NCBI GenBank assembly: GCA_038065595.1
Contig: JBBTQR010000017.1
Coordinates: forward strand, 1 to 18,060
Source of the DNA: Patescibacteria group bacterium
GTDB lineage: Bacteria > Patescibacteriota > Minisyncoccia > Sungbacterales > JBBTQR01
DNA: 18,060 nt
Direction of reading: 5' to 3'
Translations under genes and position numbers: made by a program
Notes under the pieces: model-generated
What the model was told of the DNA's origin: nothing
The model's database searches: none
The model's input: the letters and a program-made list of their open reading frames with translations, nothing else
In this document: positions 7,330 through 15,254 of the stretch, one piece after another
Numbering within the stretch: the first letter of the stretch is position 1
Layout of the letters: the number at the start of each line of letters is the position of its first letter

Positions 7330-7992
7330 TTAATGATTTAGCATTTCCAGCAAAATTGGCTTGATTCTGTCGGCGATTATGCGATACCCCTCATCATTTG
7401 GATGTATTGCATCGTACATATAACGAGAACGCCCAAAAACGCCAGAAAGAACATCGGGGATATACGAAACTTTTGTTTTTTGCGCGAGAGATTTAAATTC
7501 TTTTTTATACGCGTCAGAAAAAAACCCGCCACGGACCCCCAAAAGTAATACGGCGCTTCCCTGCGCGTGAATACGGGCGATTATCTCTTCTAAATTTCTA
7601 AATGTGTCCAAAGGTTTGTAACGGCGAATTGCATCATTTCCACCCAAAAGCAAAATAACGATTTTTGGATCATGATTCAAAACATCCAGCGAAACGCGCG
7701 TAAGAGCGGAAAATGTCGTATCGCCGGAAATTCCTGCGTTAATAATTGGTATTTTTAATTCTTGCGACAACAGCGAAACAAGATCATTGCCCTGCGATGA
7801 TCCAACTCCCTCAATTAAACTATCTCCAAAAGCAATAACCGCGCTTCCTGTGCGCGGTTTGTCAATGTATCGGCGATCCATTGAAAAAAAATAAAAAACA
7901 CCTCCCAAAATCAGGACGCCAAACACCGCAATTATTACTTGTGAATTTGTCATGCGCACAGAGCGTGTGCTATTATATATACTCGCATCCAT
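7330..7992 (-). CDS. SGNH/GDSL-family hydrolase (lipase/esterase-like) with N-terminal membrane anchor
   Basis: SGNH blocks: block I FGDSL, block III GGND, block V DAIHPN. An N-terminal TM helix is present. An alternative start (MTNSQ…) lies 13 codons in. Confidence 0.85.
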   Translation of the reverse strand: MDASIYNSTRSVRMTNSQVIIAVFGVLILGGVFYFFSMDRRYIDKPRTGSAVIAFGDSLIEGVGSSQGNDLVSLLSQELKIPIINAGISGDTTFSALTRVSLDVLNHDPKIVILLLGGNDAIRRYKPLDTFRNLEEIIARIHAQGSAVLLLGVRGGFFSDAYKKEFKSLAQKTKVSYIPDVLSGVFGRSRYMYDAIHPNDEGYRIIADRIKPILLEMLNH

Positions 7993-8139
7993 TATACCCG
8001 ACCGAGGGCATTTTTTATAATATATATCTGAACTTATGCGATATGTGGTGGACGCATACAGGCGCTTGATAAATTAAAATTTTAAGCGTACTACTAAAAA
8101 CACGCCCTTTGATATCATGCCAAAATAAGGAGGGATTCT

Positions 8140-8262
8140 ATGGATGCTTTTTTAACAAACGCAGAGCTTGTCGTAATAAATTTTTCCATTTCATTATTTT
8201 GGGTTTTGCTCGTTGTGCTTGTTGCCCTAGCATTTTTCAGCCTTATTGATAATCGCGATTAA
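8140..8262 (+). CDS. 40-aa hydrophobic membrane peptide (toxin-like or bacteriocin-like small protein)
   Basis: Not in the ORF track because it is under 60 aa. A strong SD (AAGGAGGG, 6 nt) precedes the ATG at 8140. It encodes MDAFLTNAELVVINFSISLFWVLLVVLVALAFFSLIDNRD, a single TM helix with a charged C-terminus. It contains the 33-nt repeat shared with the sigma gene. Confidence 0.5.
   Translation: MDAFLTNAELVVINFSISLFWVLLVVLVALAFFSLIDNRD
8166..8198. repeat. 33-bp perfect direct repeat, copy 1 (inside the small-peptide ORF)
   Basis: gcttgtcgtaataaatttttccatttcattatt is identical at 8166-8198 and 14969-15001. In this AT-rich window a 33-nt perfect match is far beyond chance expectation. Confidence 0.9.
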
Positions 8263-8274
8263 AGGAGAAACGCT

Positions 8275-8502
8275 GTGACTACTTTGGAAATCGCATGCTT
8301 GATTTGGATAATTTCTCTTCTTGTTGTTATAACCATTGCTTTCGTGGATAATTTTTTGTATCCTGTCTGCCCCTCTTGTGAGCATAACCTGTATTCACGA
8401 CGATTATCATTTTTTTCTCCCGATGCACTGTGCAAAAAACATGGCACATTCATCATTGCTCTCGCGCATCGCTCTATTTGTTCTGTGACGCACAAAAAAT
8501 AA
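8275..8502 (+). CDS. 75-aa membrane protein with CPSC…C…C motif, function unknown
   Basis: GTG start with an AAAGGAG SD 7 nt upstream, 12 nt after the upstream stop. It has an N-terminal TM helix and is followed by a strong terminator. Confidence 0.5.
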   Translation: MTTLEIACLIWIISLLVVITIAFVDNFLYPVCPSCEHNLYSRRLSFFSPDALCKKHGTFIIALAHRSICSVTHKK

Positions 8503-8515
8503 TAATATCTCGGCA

Positions 8516-8556
8516 TTAAAAACGCCCCGCTTAATTTGAGCGGGGTGTATTTTTAG
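8516..8556. terminator. Rho-independent terminator (bidirectional)
   Basis: Stem cgccccgct (8523-8531) / agcggggtg (8539-8547) with an A-run before and a T-run after. A second hairpin, gttttcgc-tttg-gcgaaaac, at 8578-8596 lies just downstream of the minus-strand gene ending at 8606. Confidence 0.7.
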
Positions 8557-8605
8557 TTCATACCATATAAAAATACAGTTTTCGCTTTGCGAAAACGGTC
8601 CAAAC

Positions 8606-8800
8606 TTATTCTTTACGAGATTTCCAAAAAAGAATAATCGCCAACATTCCAAAAAAAGCTGTGCCAACTCCGCTTACCCACATAGGAATGCTAACCGTTT
8701 CAAATAAAATCTCCCATAAAAAAAGAACGCGGGCAAAGTGCGCAATCGCGATAAAAGCAAAAATCGTTCCAGAAATTTTATGCAGTGTTTTATTCGTCAT
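8606..8800 (-). CDS. Small 2-TM membrane protein, hypothetical
   Basis: ATG at 8800 (MTNKTLHK…) is preceded by an AAAGGAG SD. The longer track ORF extends to 8836. Two hydrophobic helices are present. Confidence 0.5.
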   Translation of the reverse strand: MTNKTLHKISGTIFAFIAIAHFARVLFLWEILFETVSIPMWVSGVGTAFFGMLAIILFWKSRKE

Positions 8801-8967
8801 GCACTCCTTTCTATTTTTTGTTTCCGCCGTTGACACACAGACAGACGAATTTGTTGTGCGTGTCCCGATCTGTCAAACTAAAATAAGCGCTCTGCACTGT
8901 ATGCGAAACTACATCACTTACTATCCTTACCACGCCATCATTTTAAAATATAAATGAACAAAGTTCG

Positions 8968-10281
8968 TTAGACCGCTTTTGCCGCCTCTTCAACGGTAGT
9001 GACCCCCATTAAAACTTTTTCACGAGCGGCGTCTTTCAATGTTTTCATGTTGGCACTCGCAACATATTCTTCAAGAACGCTCATTGAGCTTCGCTCAATT
9101 ATTAACGAACGAAGATTGTTGTCAAGTTCTAAAACCTCATAAATGCCCGTCCGCCCCTGATACCCAGTTCCTCTGCACGCCTCACATCCCATCCCTTTTG
9201 TAAACGAGTATGAATTTTCATCAAGCCCAAAATACAAAAGATATTCAGGATCCGGCACATACGATGAACGACATGTATTACAAATTTTTCTAATAAGTCG
9301 CTGGGAAACAATTCCGTTTAAAGCATATGCAATTAAACTTCGCTCAATATTCATATCTAAAAGACGGGCGATTGTTCCGATGGTCGTATTTGAATGAATC
9401 GTTGAAAACACAAGTCGTCCGGTCAAAGAAGCGCGGATAGTATATTCCGCTGTATCAGCATCTCGAATTTCGCCAATCATAATGATATCAGGATCCTGAC
9501 GAAGAATTGAACGCATGCCGTCTGCATAATTATATCCCTGATCAGGTTTAATTTCGCTCTGCCTAATATCTTTGAAGTGATATTCAACGGGGTCTTCAAG
9601 GGTTATAATGTTTTTTTCTTTTGAACGCAAAGACTGCAGAATTGAATACAGCGTCGTTGATTTGCCTGACCCTGCCGGACCCGTTACAAGAATCATTCCA
9701 TATGTTCGCGCAATCAATTTTTTAAATACCCCAAAATTCTCGGGGCTCATTCCAAGGTTTTCAGGATGCACCAATACTTCTTGCCGATTCAAAACACGCA
9801 AGACGGTCGCTTCACCGTTAATGACGGGGAAAACAGAAACACGAACATCAAGCATCATCTCGCTATTTTTTGAAGCATCCAGAACCGCTCCGACTTTCTC
9901 TTGCTTTTTTTGATCAGTGGCCTTTGCGATAATAAAAAGCTTTGAAAGCCTGTCAACGAACGGCACAGATTTTTCGTCTCCTTGCTCTGAGTACAACTGC
10001 CCAACGCTTGCTGAAAAGTGCCCTTCAACGGGCATTGGATGACGAACGAGAGGAATGTCAGATGCGATTTTAATGCGGTTTAAAATAGATTCGTACTCAT
10101 ACAGCGGAATAGACGCGTGTTCCTGTAAAATTCCATCAACACGAAAACGAATGCGGAGAACATCTAATAATGGCTCAATGTGAATATCGGAAGCACGATC
10201 TTCAAGCGCGCTCGCGAGAATTATTTTGAGAGGATCTTCGTTTTTTAAATCATTCTTTTGTAACATAAAAGTTTTACGCAA
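8968..10281 (-). CDS. Type II secretion / type IV pilus assembly ATPase, GspE/PilB family
   Basis: Walker A GPAGSGKSTT, Asp/His boxes (IMIGEIRD, TIHSNT), and a C-terminal tetracysteine motif CNTCR…CEACRGTG. The position 10281 start is a TTG, and an ATG (MLQKNDL…) lies at 10266. No pilC/pilT/pilM partners are in the window. Confidence 0.9.
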   Translation of the reverse strand: MRKTFMLQKNDLKNEDPLKIILASALEDRASDIHIEPLLDVLRIRFRVDGILQEHASIPLYEYESILNRIKIASDIPLVRHPMPVEGHFSASVGQLYSEQGDEKSVPFVDRLSKLFIIAKATDQKKQEKVGAVLDASKNSEMMLDVRVSVFPVINGEATVLRVLNRQEVLVHPENLGMSPENFGVFKKLIARTYGMILVTGPAGSGKSTTLYSILQSLRSKEKNIITLEDPVEYHFKDIRQSEIKPDQGYNYADGMRSILRQDPDIIMIGEIRDADTAEYTIRASLTGRLVFSTIHSNTTIGTIARLLDMNIERSLIAYALNGIVSQRLIRKICNTCRSSYVPDPEYLLYFGLDENSYSFTKGMGCEACRGTGYQGRTGIYEVLELDNNLRSLIIERSSMSVLEEYVASANMKTLKDAAREKVLMGVTTVEEAAKAV

Positions 10282-10305
10282 AATATAATGACGCGCCCTT
10301 ACTCA

Positions 10306-10506
10306 TTATTGTATAACATCCCCATATGAACTTAAAAACTGCGGGACAACAACCATTAATCCGATAAGTGGTAAAACAAAAACAAGCACTGAACCGATAA
10401 AAGTCCACAAAAGATATTTTTTTGTCGCTTCAACAGACGCGCCAATCTCATCAACTTTTTGGCGAAGCTCACGAATTTCTTTTAAAAGACTTTCTTCCAT
10501 TTTCAA
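10306..10506 (-). CDS. Small membrane protein (N-terminal coiled-coil + 1 TM), hypothetical
   Basis: It lies 24 nt upstream of the PilB-like gene in the same orientation. The position 10506 start is a TTG, and an ATG lies at 10500. A hydrophobic helix LLWTFIGSVLVFVLPLIGLMVVV is present. Confidence 0.4.
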   Translation of the reverse strand: MKMEESLLKEIRELRQKVDEIGASVEATKKYLLWTFIGSVLVFVLPLIGLMVVVPQFLSSYGDVIQ

Positions 10507-10632
10507 ATAATACCATATTTAAAAAATACCCCGCCCCACACACAAACAGTTAATAAAAAATCAACAGATGCCCTTAATTTTTCCATTATCCACCAAAGGT
10601 GGATCAAATCCGCATCACACCATATCATCAAA

Positions 10633-10911
10633 TTACATTTTTTTCTTTAGCGATTCTTCTAGCTTATCAATTTTACTTGATTCAAGACGATGGCTATTCG
10701 GATGTGCTCTAAGCCATTTAATTTTTTCCTGAAGTTCTTTCTCATCAATCCCGCGATGATACGAACCGCTCTTCTTCTCAAGATCACCTAAAAAAATCAT
10801 ATCAACATCGGCAAGCTCCTGCTGACTAAACCCTTCCGAATGCAGATGTCCGCGAACCAGTTTATACTCTTCGCTCCCGACATGAGGTTTTGAATCTCCA
10901 AATAGTCCCAT
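10633..10911 (-). CDS. Hypothetical protein (92 aa, charged/helical)
   Basis: An ORF only. It has K/E-rich composition typical of this genome. No SD and no recognisable domain. Confidence 0.3.
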   Translation of the reverse strand: MGLFGDSKPHVGSEEYKLVRGHLHSEGFSQQELADVDMIFLGDLEKKSGSYHRGIDEKELQEKIKWLRAHPNSHRLESSKIDKLEESLKKKM

Positions 10912-11161
10912 ATACCAGTGAGCAAGAATCTTTAGTGTTATTTACGGTTTTTATACCTCTTGTAGAAAAACAATCAGACAAAAATTGTTTCTTGAAGTGG
11001 TGCAAAACCCCAAACAGCATTATTAAAACTTGCTATTAAATTACTACATTGTCATATAGAGCTCTATTATAGAGCGAAATAACCTTTATTGCAAAGCAAG
11101 CGTTCTCGTGATCATTTAAGAAAAAGCCAAAAACAAATGCGTTGTACCACGCCTATAATAC

Positions 11162-12028
11162 TTATTTTGAAACAACAATCATTGCCGAACGAATTTGTTC
11201 AAATGGCTCGTTTTTACCAGTTACATAATCCATAAGAGCGCCCTCTAATATAGCGTACCCATAACGATACCCTGCCCCCCGATATGTGCCAGGATCATTT
11301 GTAATAAATTCTTGCGCTGTGTCATCGTATCCTGTAATGAGAATTTTATGCCGTTCTGGCCCTGGTTCTGTATAAAATGAATTTTTCAATTTACGACCAT
11401 CAACAGGAACGATAACGAGATTACCGTCTGCCAGCTCTTTTTTAATATCTTTTATGGTAATGTCATAGCGCAAAAACGCATTTGTATATCCAAAATAATC
11501 TTTAATAATCCGATCAAGCGTGTCCTGTGAAGATGTGTCGTGAAATTCGCCGTATTTTTTCTTTTCAAATTCAGATATCGCGATAATTTCTTGAAGAGCT
11601 TCTTCTGGGGTGAGTTTTTTTCCTTCTGCCCAACGAATTGCCATAAGCGAAGCAGCTTCTTCACATCCGTAATCCTGCCGTGGATCATTCCAATCGGCAT
11701 ACGGCGCCTGCGCGGTGAACGGGGCATCAATGAGTATTTTTGTTGAGATTTTGATTGGAGTCGGAATTTGTGTTATGTCGGAAGAAGACGCTGTTTGATT
11801 TTCAACTATAGATAAAAGATCGACTGGCTTCGGGGGTGGTTGGGTTGCAATCACCGGAAGCTCTATTTCTTTTTGCACATTTTTTTCAATGTTTTTTTCA
11901 GCGCTCAAAAAAAGAAATTCGTCCGAACGAACGAATTCCAACTTAGAGATTAGAAAGAAAACAAAAATCGCAATGATCGTTGCGGTAAAAAGCGTAAAAA
12001 GAAAAAATTTTCTTGATATATTACTCAT
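11162..12028 (-). CDS. Membrane-anchored C39-like cysteine peptidase (peptidase_C39_2 / BtrH-like papain fold)
   Basis: N-terminal TM helix, then a PPPKP linker. Candidate catalytic motifs are Q…DYGCEEAASLMAI (Gln/Cys) and HKILITGYDD…FITNDPG (His/Asp), as in C39-like domains. Confidence 0.55.
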   Translation of the reverse strand: MSNISRKFFLFTLFTATIIAIFVFFLISKLEFVRSDEFLFLSAEKNIEKNVQKEIELPVIATQPPPKPVDLLSIVENQTASSSDITQIPTPIKISTKILIDAPFTAQAPYADWNDPRQDYGCEEAASLMAIRWAEGKKLTPEEALQEIIAISEFEKKKYGEFHDTSSQDTLDRIIKDYFGYTNAFLRYDITIKDIKKELADGNLVIVPVDGRKLKNSFYTEPGPERHKILITGYDDTAQEFITNDPGTYRGAGYRYGYAILEGALMDYVTGKNEPFEQIRSAMIVVSK

Positions 12029-12046
12029 GGTGCGTATTGTTATTTT

Positions 12047-12080
12047 ATTATATCACCCTTCCAGCTTTTTCAAAAATCAA
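12047..12080 (-). promoter_or_regulatory. Candidate extended -10 sigma70 promoter for the C39 peptidase gene
   Basis: The minus strand reads TTGAAA-N15-TGATATAAT, with the TGnTATAAT at 12055..12047. The ATG follows about 20 nt downstream with no SD. Confidence 0.45.
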
Positions 12081-12084
12081 ATTT

Positions 12085-12113
12085 TAAAAGCCGTGCTTTC
12101 GCACGGCTTTTAA
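12085..12113. terminator. Rho-independent terminator (bidirectional) ending the sigma/anti-sigma/secreted-protein transcription unit
   Basis: Stem agccgtgc / gcacggct with loop tttc, flanked by AAA and TTTT. It lies just downstream of the minus-strand gene ending at 12142. Confidence 0.7.
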
Positions 12114-12141
12114 AGAATCAAACGACTAATCCGTTCTTTCG

Positions 12142-13122
12142 CTATTGCAAACTTTCATTTCTCACGACAGTCGCATTGATTGTCGTTCCTTCAAGCGCGC
12201 CGTAAACGCGAATCTTGTGACCAACAAGGAATTGCGATAAAGTCGCCCGCGCCCATAATTTATTTAAGATTGATGTGTCAGGCACAATCTGAACTGTATA
12301 GTCAGTTTCGCTCTTGCGTATAACAATCGTCGTCGGAGCCGTTGTTGAGGCAACAGACTGCAGCTTGCCTTCAAATACCCGCTGAAGAATAGCGTGATCA
12401 ACGAATATTTTTATTTTCTTCGCATCAAGCGTGTTCTGAAGATTATTCCAAACGCCTTGCACATTTATTTTGTCTCCCATTTTAATATCTGAAAACGCAA
12501 CATGAACCCCCGCCTTCATAATTTCAGTTGAACTCCCAACAATAATCGTTTGTAATCCCCTATCTTCAGCATCAAGCATAAAGCTCGTTGAGGATGCGCT
12601 CATTGAAAGAACCCTTCCAAAAAAAGAGGCGTTCCGTTTCTGCACAGACCAGTTTTTTATGTAAGTTGCGCGAACCATAAATAAATCAGCGGTGTCCGCG
12701 CGAAGCATGCCATGTACCGTGAGAAAATCGCCGACGGAAATTTCCGCGATAGAAGAATTCCCATTAAATCGTCTCATAAAATTCGTATTGCCATCAGTTT
12801 CAATTCGCACGCGAAGAGAAAAACTCCCCCATGAAATTATTCCGTGTATCGTTGATGACGCTGAAACAGAATCAACTTTTATATTTTGAAACACGCTTTT
12901 TCCGTTGTTATTGATCTGAATAGATGAGCCCGAAGGAATGTCATCGCCTCGCTTGTCGCGCATATCAACACGAAGTTCTTTTTTCCCGTGAGAGTCATCA
13001 TCCCCGCCTTTATCTGTGTCTTTTTTCGCAAACGCAAATTCTGGAGACATAAACAAAGCGCTTCCTACAATGCTCAATACCGCAAACGCTAAAAATGATT
13101 TTATAGCCATATGTGTAAACAT
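12142..13122 (-). CDS. Secreted protein with tandem ~90-aa beta-rich repeats (possibly DUF5666-like)
   Basis: A signal peptide with an AFA|KKD cleavage motif is present, in-frame with the ATG at 13110 (MAIKSF…). An acidic linker follows, then about three tandem beta-rich repeat units (…VHGML…VRATYI…, …AGVHVAF…, …RVYGALEGTTINATVV…). Its position after a sigma/anti-sigma pair is typical of an envelope stress module. Confidence 0.6.
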   Translation of the reverse strand: MFTHMAIKSFLAFAVLSIVGSALFMSPEFAFAKKDTDKGGDDDSHGKKELRVDMRDKRGDDIPSGSSIQINNNGKSVFQNIKVDSVSASSTIHGIISWGSFSLRVRIETDGNTNFMRRFNGNSSIAEISVGDFLTVHGMLRADTADLFMVRATYIKNWSVQKRNASFFGRVLSMSASSTSFMLDAEDRGLQTIIVGSSTEIMKAGVHVAFSDIKMGDKINVQGVWNNLQNTLDAKKIKIFVDHAILQRVFEGKLQSVASTTAPTTIVIRKSETDYTVQIVPDTSILNKLWARATLSQFLVGHKIRVYGALEGTTINATVVRNESLQ

Positions 13123-13154
13123 TAATTTAATTAAAAATTTTTGACCCTACTATA

Positions 13155-13183
13155 TAGACGAAGTAAGCTGGATTTTCTTACAA
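13155..13183 (-). promoter_or_regulatory. Candidate ECF-sigma-type promoter (TGTAAG-N16-CGTCTA)
   Basis: The minus strand reads TTGTAAG (13183..13177), a 16-nt spacer, and CGTC (13160..13157). This resembles the SigW/SigX/SigM-class consensus TGwAAC-N16-17-CGTC/CGTA. It lies about 30 nt upstream of the secreted-repeat protein gene. Confidence 0.4.
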
Positions 13184-13235
13184 AAACTCTATCGCGGTCC
13201 ATAAGAAAATATTTTTAATCAAAACGCTACCCACA

Positions 13236-14429
13236 CTATTCCATAAATTCGCTTTTTTTATGGGCCTTTTCGCGCATTTCATCTTTTAGAGGGCTTTTAA
13301 TTTTTTCGCCGGAGGCGGACACGCCTTGTTCATTTTCTGATCCTCGTTCATCGTTTGTATCATTTAAATCACGCCCCCGCTTCTTTTCTTGTTTCTCGGT
13401 GCGGTCTCTTCGTATTTCGTTTTTATTTTCATTATGATTATTGTCCCCATTTTCCTCTATTGAAACCTGTATGTGAAATTCCTTATTTGCATTGATCAAT
13501 ACCCGCGCCCTTTCAAGCGTTCTCATCGCTTTCTGAAAAAGCGAAAAGGCTTTGCCGTATTTCCCCTCATTTTGTTTCGTTTTCCCTTCGGCAATTATTT
13601 CAATTACACCTGAAAGTCGTTTTTTTATTTCGTCTGTTGCCAAATCTCCCGATCCTAATGCGATGCCGTCAATAAACGCGTTCATTTCCTGAAGTTTTTT
13701 TTCTACTTCCACACGCATATCTTCGGAAGATTTTTTTGCTTTGTCGTCTTTTTTGTTTTCAATATTTTCTTCTAAATTTTTTCTTTTTTTACCAACTTCC
13801 CGTATAGCATTTTGCGCCGATACGGTAATTGGCGCAAGCGCATAATCCGAATCCGCGTCATCTTCGGTTAATTTTTGAAGGATTTTATCATGCGCCTCAA
13901 GTTCCGCCTCAAAATTAGAATTAATGCGCGCTGCGACTTCAAAATCTCCACCATTTTCAATGGTTGCTATTTTTATTTCTGCGTTTTTACGATGCTCGTT
14001 GAATTTTTCCTGAAGGGCTAAGCGAACCTCTGGCGTAATAATTCTTTTTTCAACCGTCAATCGTTCGGACTCTTCCAGTCGTTTTGTAGCAAGTTTTGTT
14101 TCCCATTCTACCCTTGATTTTGGAGAAAATTTTAACAATCCACGAATCTCTTCGTTTACATTAATTTTTACCGGATACAGAATATCTCCGGGAAGCGTTC
14201 CCTCTGCTCCAAATGCGATTCCCGCTCCCGAAAGCATGCTTGCGATAAGCACGAGTGGAACGGTTCTGTGTATCGCGAAAAACGCGAAAAGCTGGTCGCG
14301 TAATGCCACGCGAATCGGTGGGCGATATGCGTGCATATAAATGCGAAGCTCATTTCTAACGCGCGCGCGTTCATTTTCGGCAAGAGATATATTTTTCGCT
14401 TGCTGTATTATTTCGTGAAAGTTTTTCAT
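13236..14429 (-). CDS. Putative membrane-anchored anti-sigma factor (short cytoplasmic N-domain, 1 TM, long coiled-coil/charged ectodomain; possibly DUF5667-like)
   Basis: It has an ATGA overlap with the upstream ECF sigma gene. A single TM helix lies around residues 60-80 (LVLIASMLSGAGIAFGA). The K/E-rich helical extracytoplasmic region ends in a low-complexity acidic/basic tail. Confidence 0.55.
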   Translation of the reverse strand: MKNFHEIIQQAKNISLAENERARVRNELRIYMHAYRPPIRVALRDQLFAFFAIHRTVPLVLIASMLSGAGIAFGAEGTLPGDILYPVKINVNEEIRGLLKFSPKSRVEWETKLATKRLEESERLTVEKRIITPEVRLALQEKFNEHRKNAEIKIATIENGGDFEVAARINSNFEAELEAHDKILQKLTEDDADSDYALAPITVSAQNAIREVGKKRKNLEENIENKKDDKAKKSSEDMRVEVEKKLQEMNAFIDGIALGSGDLATDEIKKRLSGVIEIIAEGKTKQNEGKYGKAFSLFQKAMRTLERARVLINANKEFHIQVSIEENGDNNHNENKNEIRRDRTEKQEKKRGRDLNDTNDERGSENEQGVSASGEKIKSPLKDEMREKAHKKSEFME

Positions 14430-14992
14430 ATTTCAAAAATATGTTTTACCGATTGTAATCCTCGATGAATACGCACTGAAACGGCGTTTTCGCTTTCATT
14501 CAAAATCTTGGCAATTTCGCTAGGCGACATATCATCAACATACCGCATAATTACAACATCCCGATATTTTTTATCAATGGAATTAATCGCTTCAATGACC
14601 TCGCGTGTTTCAGCCGAATGACGCATAGCGATGTGTCCGGCTATCGCGGGATCAAAACCAAATTCTTCCTGCATTGTATCCAAAGATTCTTCTCGTTTTT
14701 TCTTCCAGTCATCAATGATTAAATTATTGGCAACTTTATATAAAAACGCTCTGATGTTGGTAACTTCATTGCCGGAAGCAAGATATTCCCATGTCTTTGT
14801 ATACGCTTCCTGCATTACATCGCGCGCGATTTCTTCGTCATATACACGGAAAAAACAATGCCTAAATATGGCGTCAGAATGTTCATCGTATGCATTAATA
14901 AACGGTATTAAACCATTTGTTCCGACGGCACGCTGAGGAGGTGTGCGGAAGCGCCCACCTCCCTCATCGCTTGTCGTAATAAATTTTTCCAT
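14426..14992 (-). CDS. ECF (group IV) RNA polymerase sigma-70 factor
   Basis: Region 2 is FRHCFFRVYDEEIARDVMQEAYTKTWEYL. Region 4 HTH is DVVIMRYVDDMSPSEIAKILNESENAVSVRIHRGLQSVK. The start is ambiguous between the ATG at 14992 (MEKFITTS…) and a TTG at 15058. Confidence 0.9.
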   Translation of the reverse strand: MEKFITTSDEGGGRFRTPPQRAVGTNGLIPFINAYDEHSDAIFRHCFFRVYDEEIARDVMQEAYTKTWEYLASGNEVTNIRAFLYKVANNLIIDDWKKKREESLDTMQEEFGFDPAIAGHIAMRHSAETREVIEAINSIDKKYRDVVIMRYVDDMSPSEIAKILNESENAVSVRIHRGLQSVKHIFEI

Positions 14993-15001
14993 TTCATTAT
15001 T
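14969..15001. repeat. 33-bp perfect direct repeat, copy 2 (covers the ECF sigma ATG and first 8 codons on the opposite strand)
   Basis: The same 33-mer as at 8166-8198. On the minus strand it reads AATAATGAA-ATG GAA AAA TTT ATT ACG ACA AGC, which is nt -9 to +24 of the sigma start. Confidence 0.9.
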
Positions 15002-15155
15002 ACCCGTATTGTTCTTTATATAAGACGAAATAATGCCATATTTCTTACGCAAAAACAATGCAAAATGGCAAGAGTATAAACTCCTGTTTTTTTTAAAACC
15101 CCCTCATTCCCGTCTGTTTATATAAAGATTTTTTATACTGGCAAGCAAAAAACTA

Positions 15156-15181
15156 CCAATAAAAACAAGTGTTTTTATTGG
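15156..15181 (-). terminator. AT-rich hairpin followed by a T-run on the minus strand (possible terminator or insulator upstream of the sigma promoter)
   Basis: ccaataaaaac-aagt-gtttttattgg is an 11-bp stem. On the minus strand it is followed by TAGTTTTTTG. Confidence 0.3.
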
Positions 15182-15254
15182 TACAAAAAAGTTATCCACA
15201 GTTATGCATACAATTACACTTGCGTATTTTTTTCGCAGTGATAGACTATAAAAT

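Noticed and set aside
10912-11161. A 250-bp AT-rich intergenic region with the short palindromes tatagagctctattatagagcg and ccacc-aaa-ggtgg (10589-10601 nearby).
   Set aside because: The stems are short and AT-rich and no flanking U-tracts or conserved motifs are recognisable. It is most simply a promoter region for the 92-aa and upstream genes.
14168-14383. Nested same-strand ORFs (14168-14383, 11452-11730, 9129-9311, 5249-5446, 2546-2794, 8259-8667) within larger genes.
   Set aside because: These are alternative frames of confidently assigned genes with no independent start signals.
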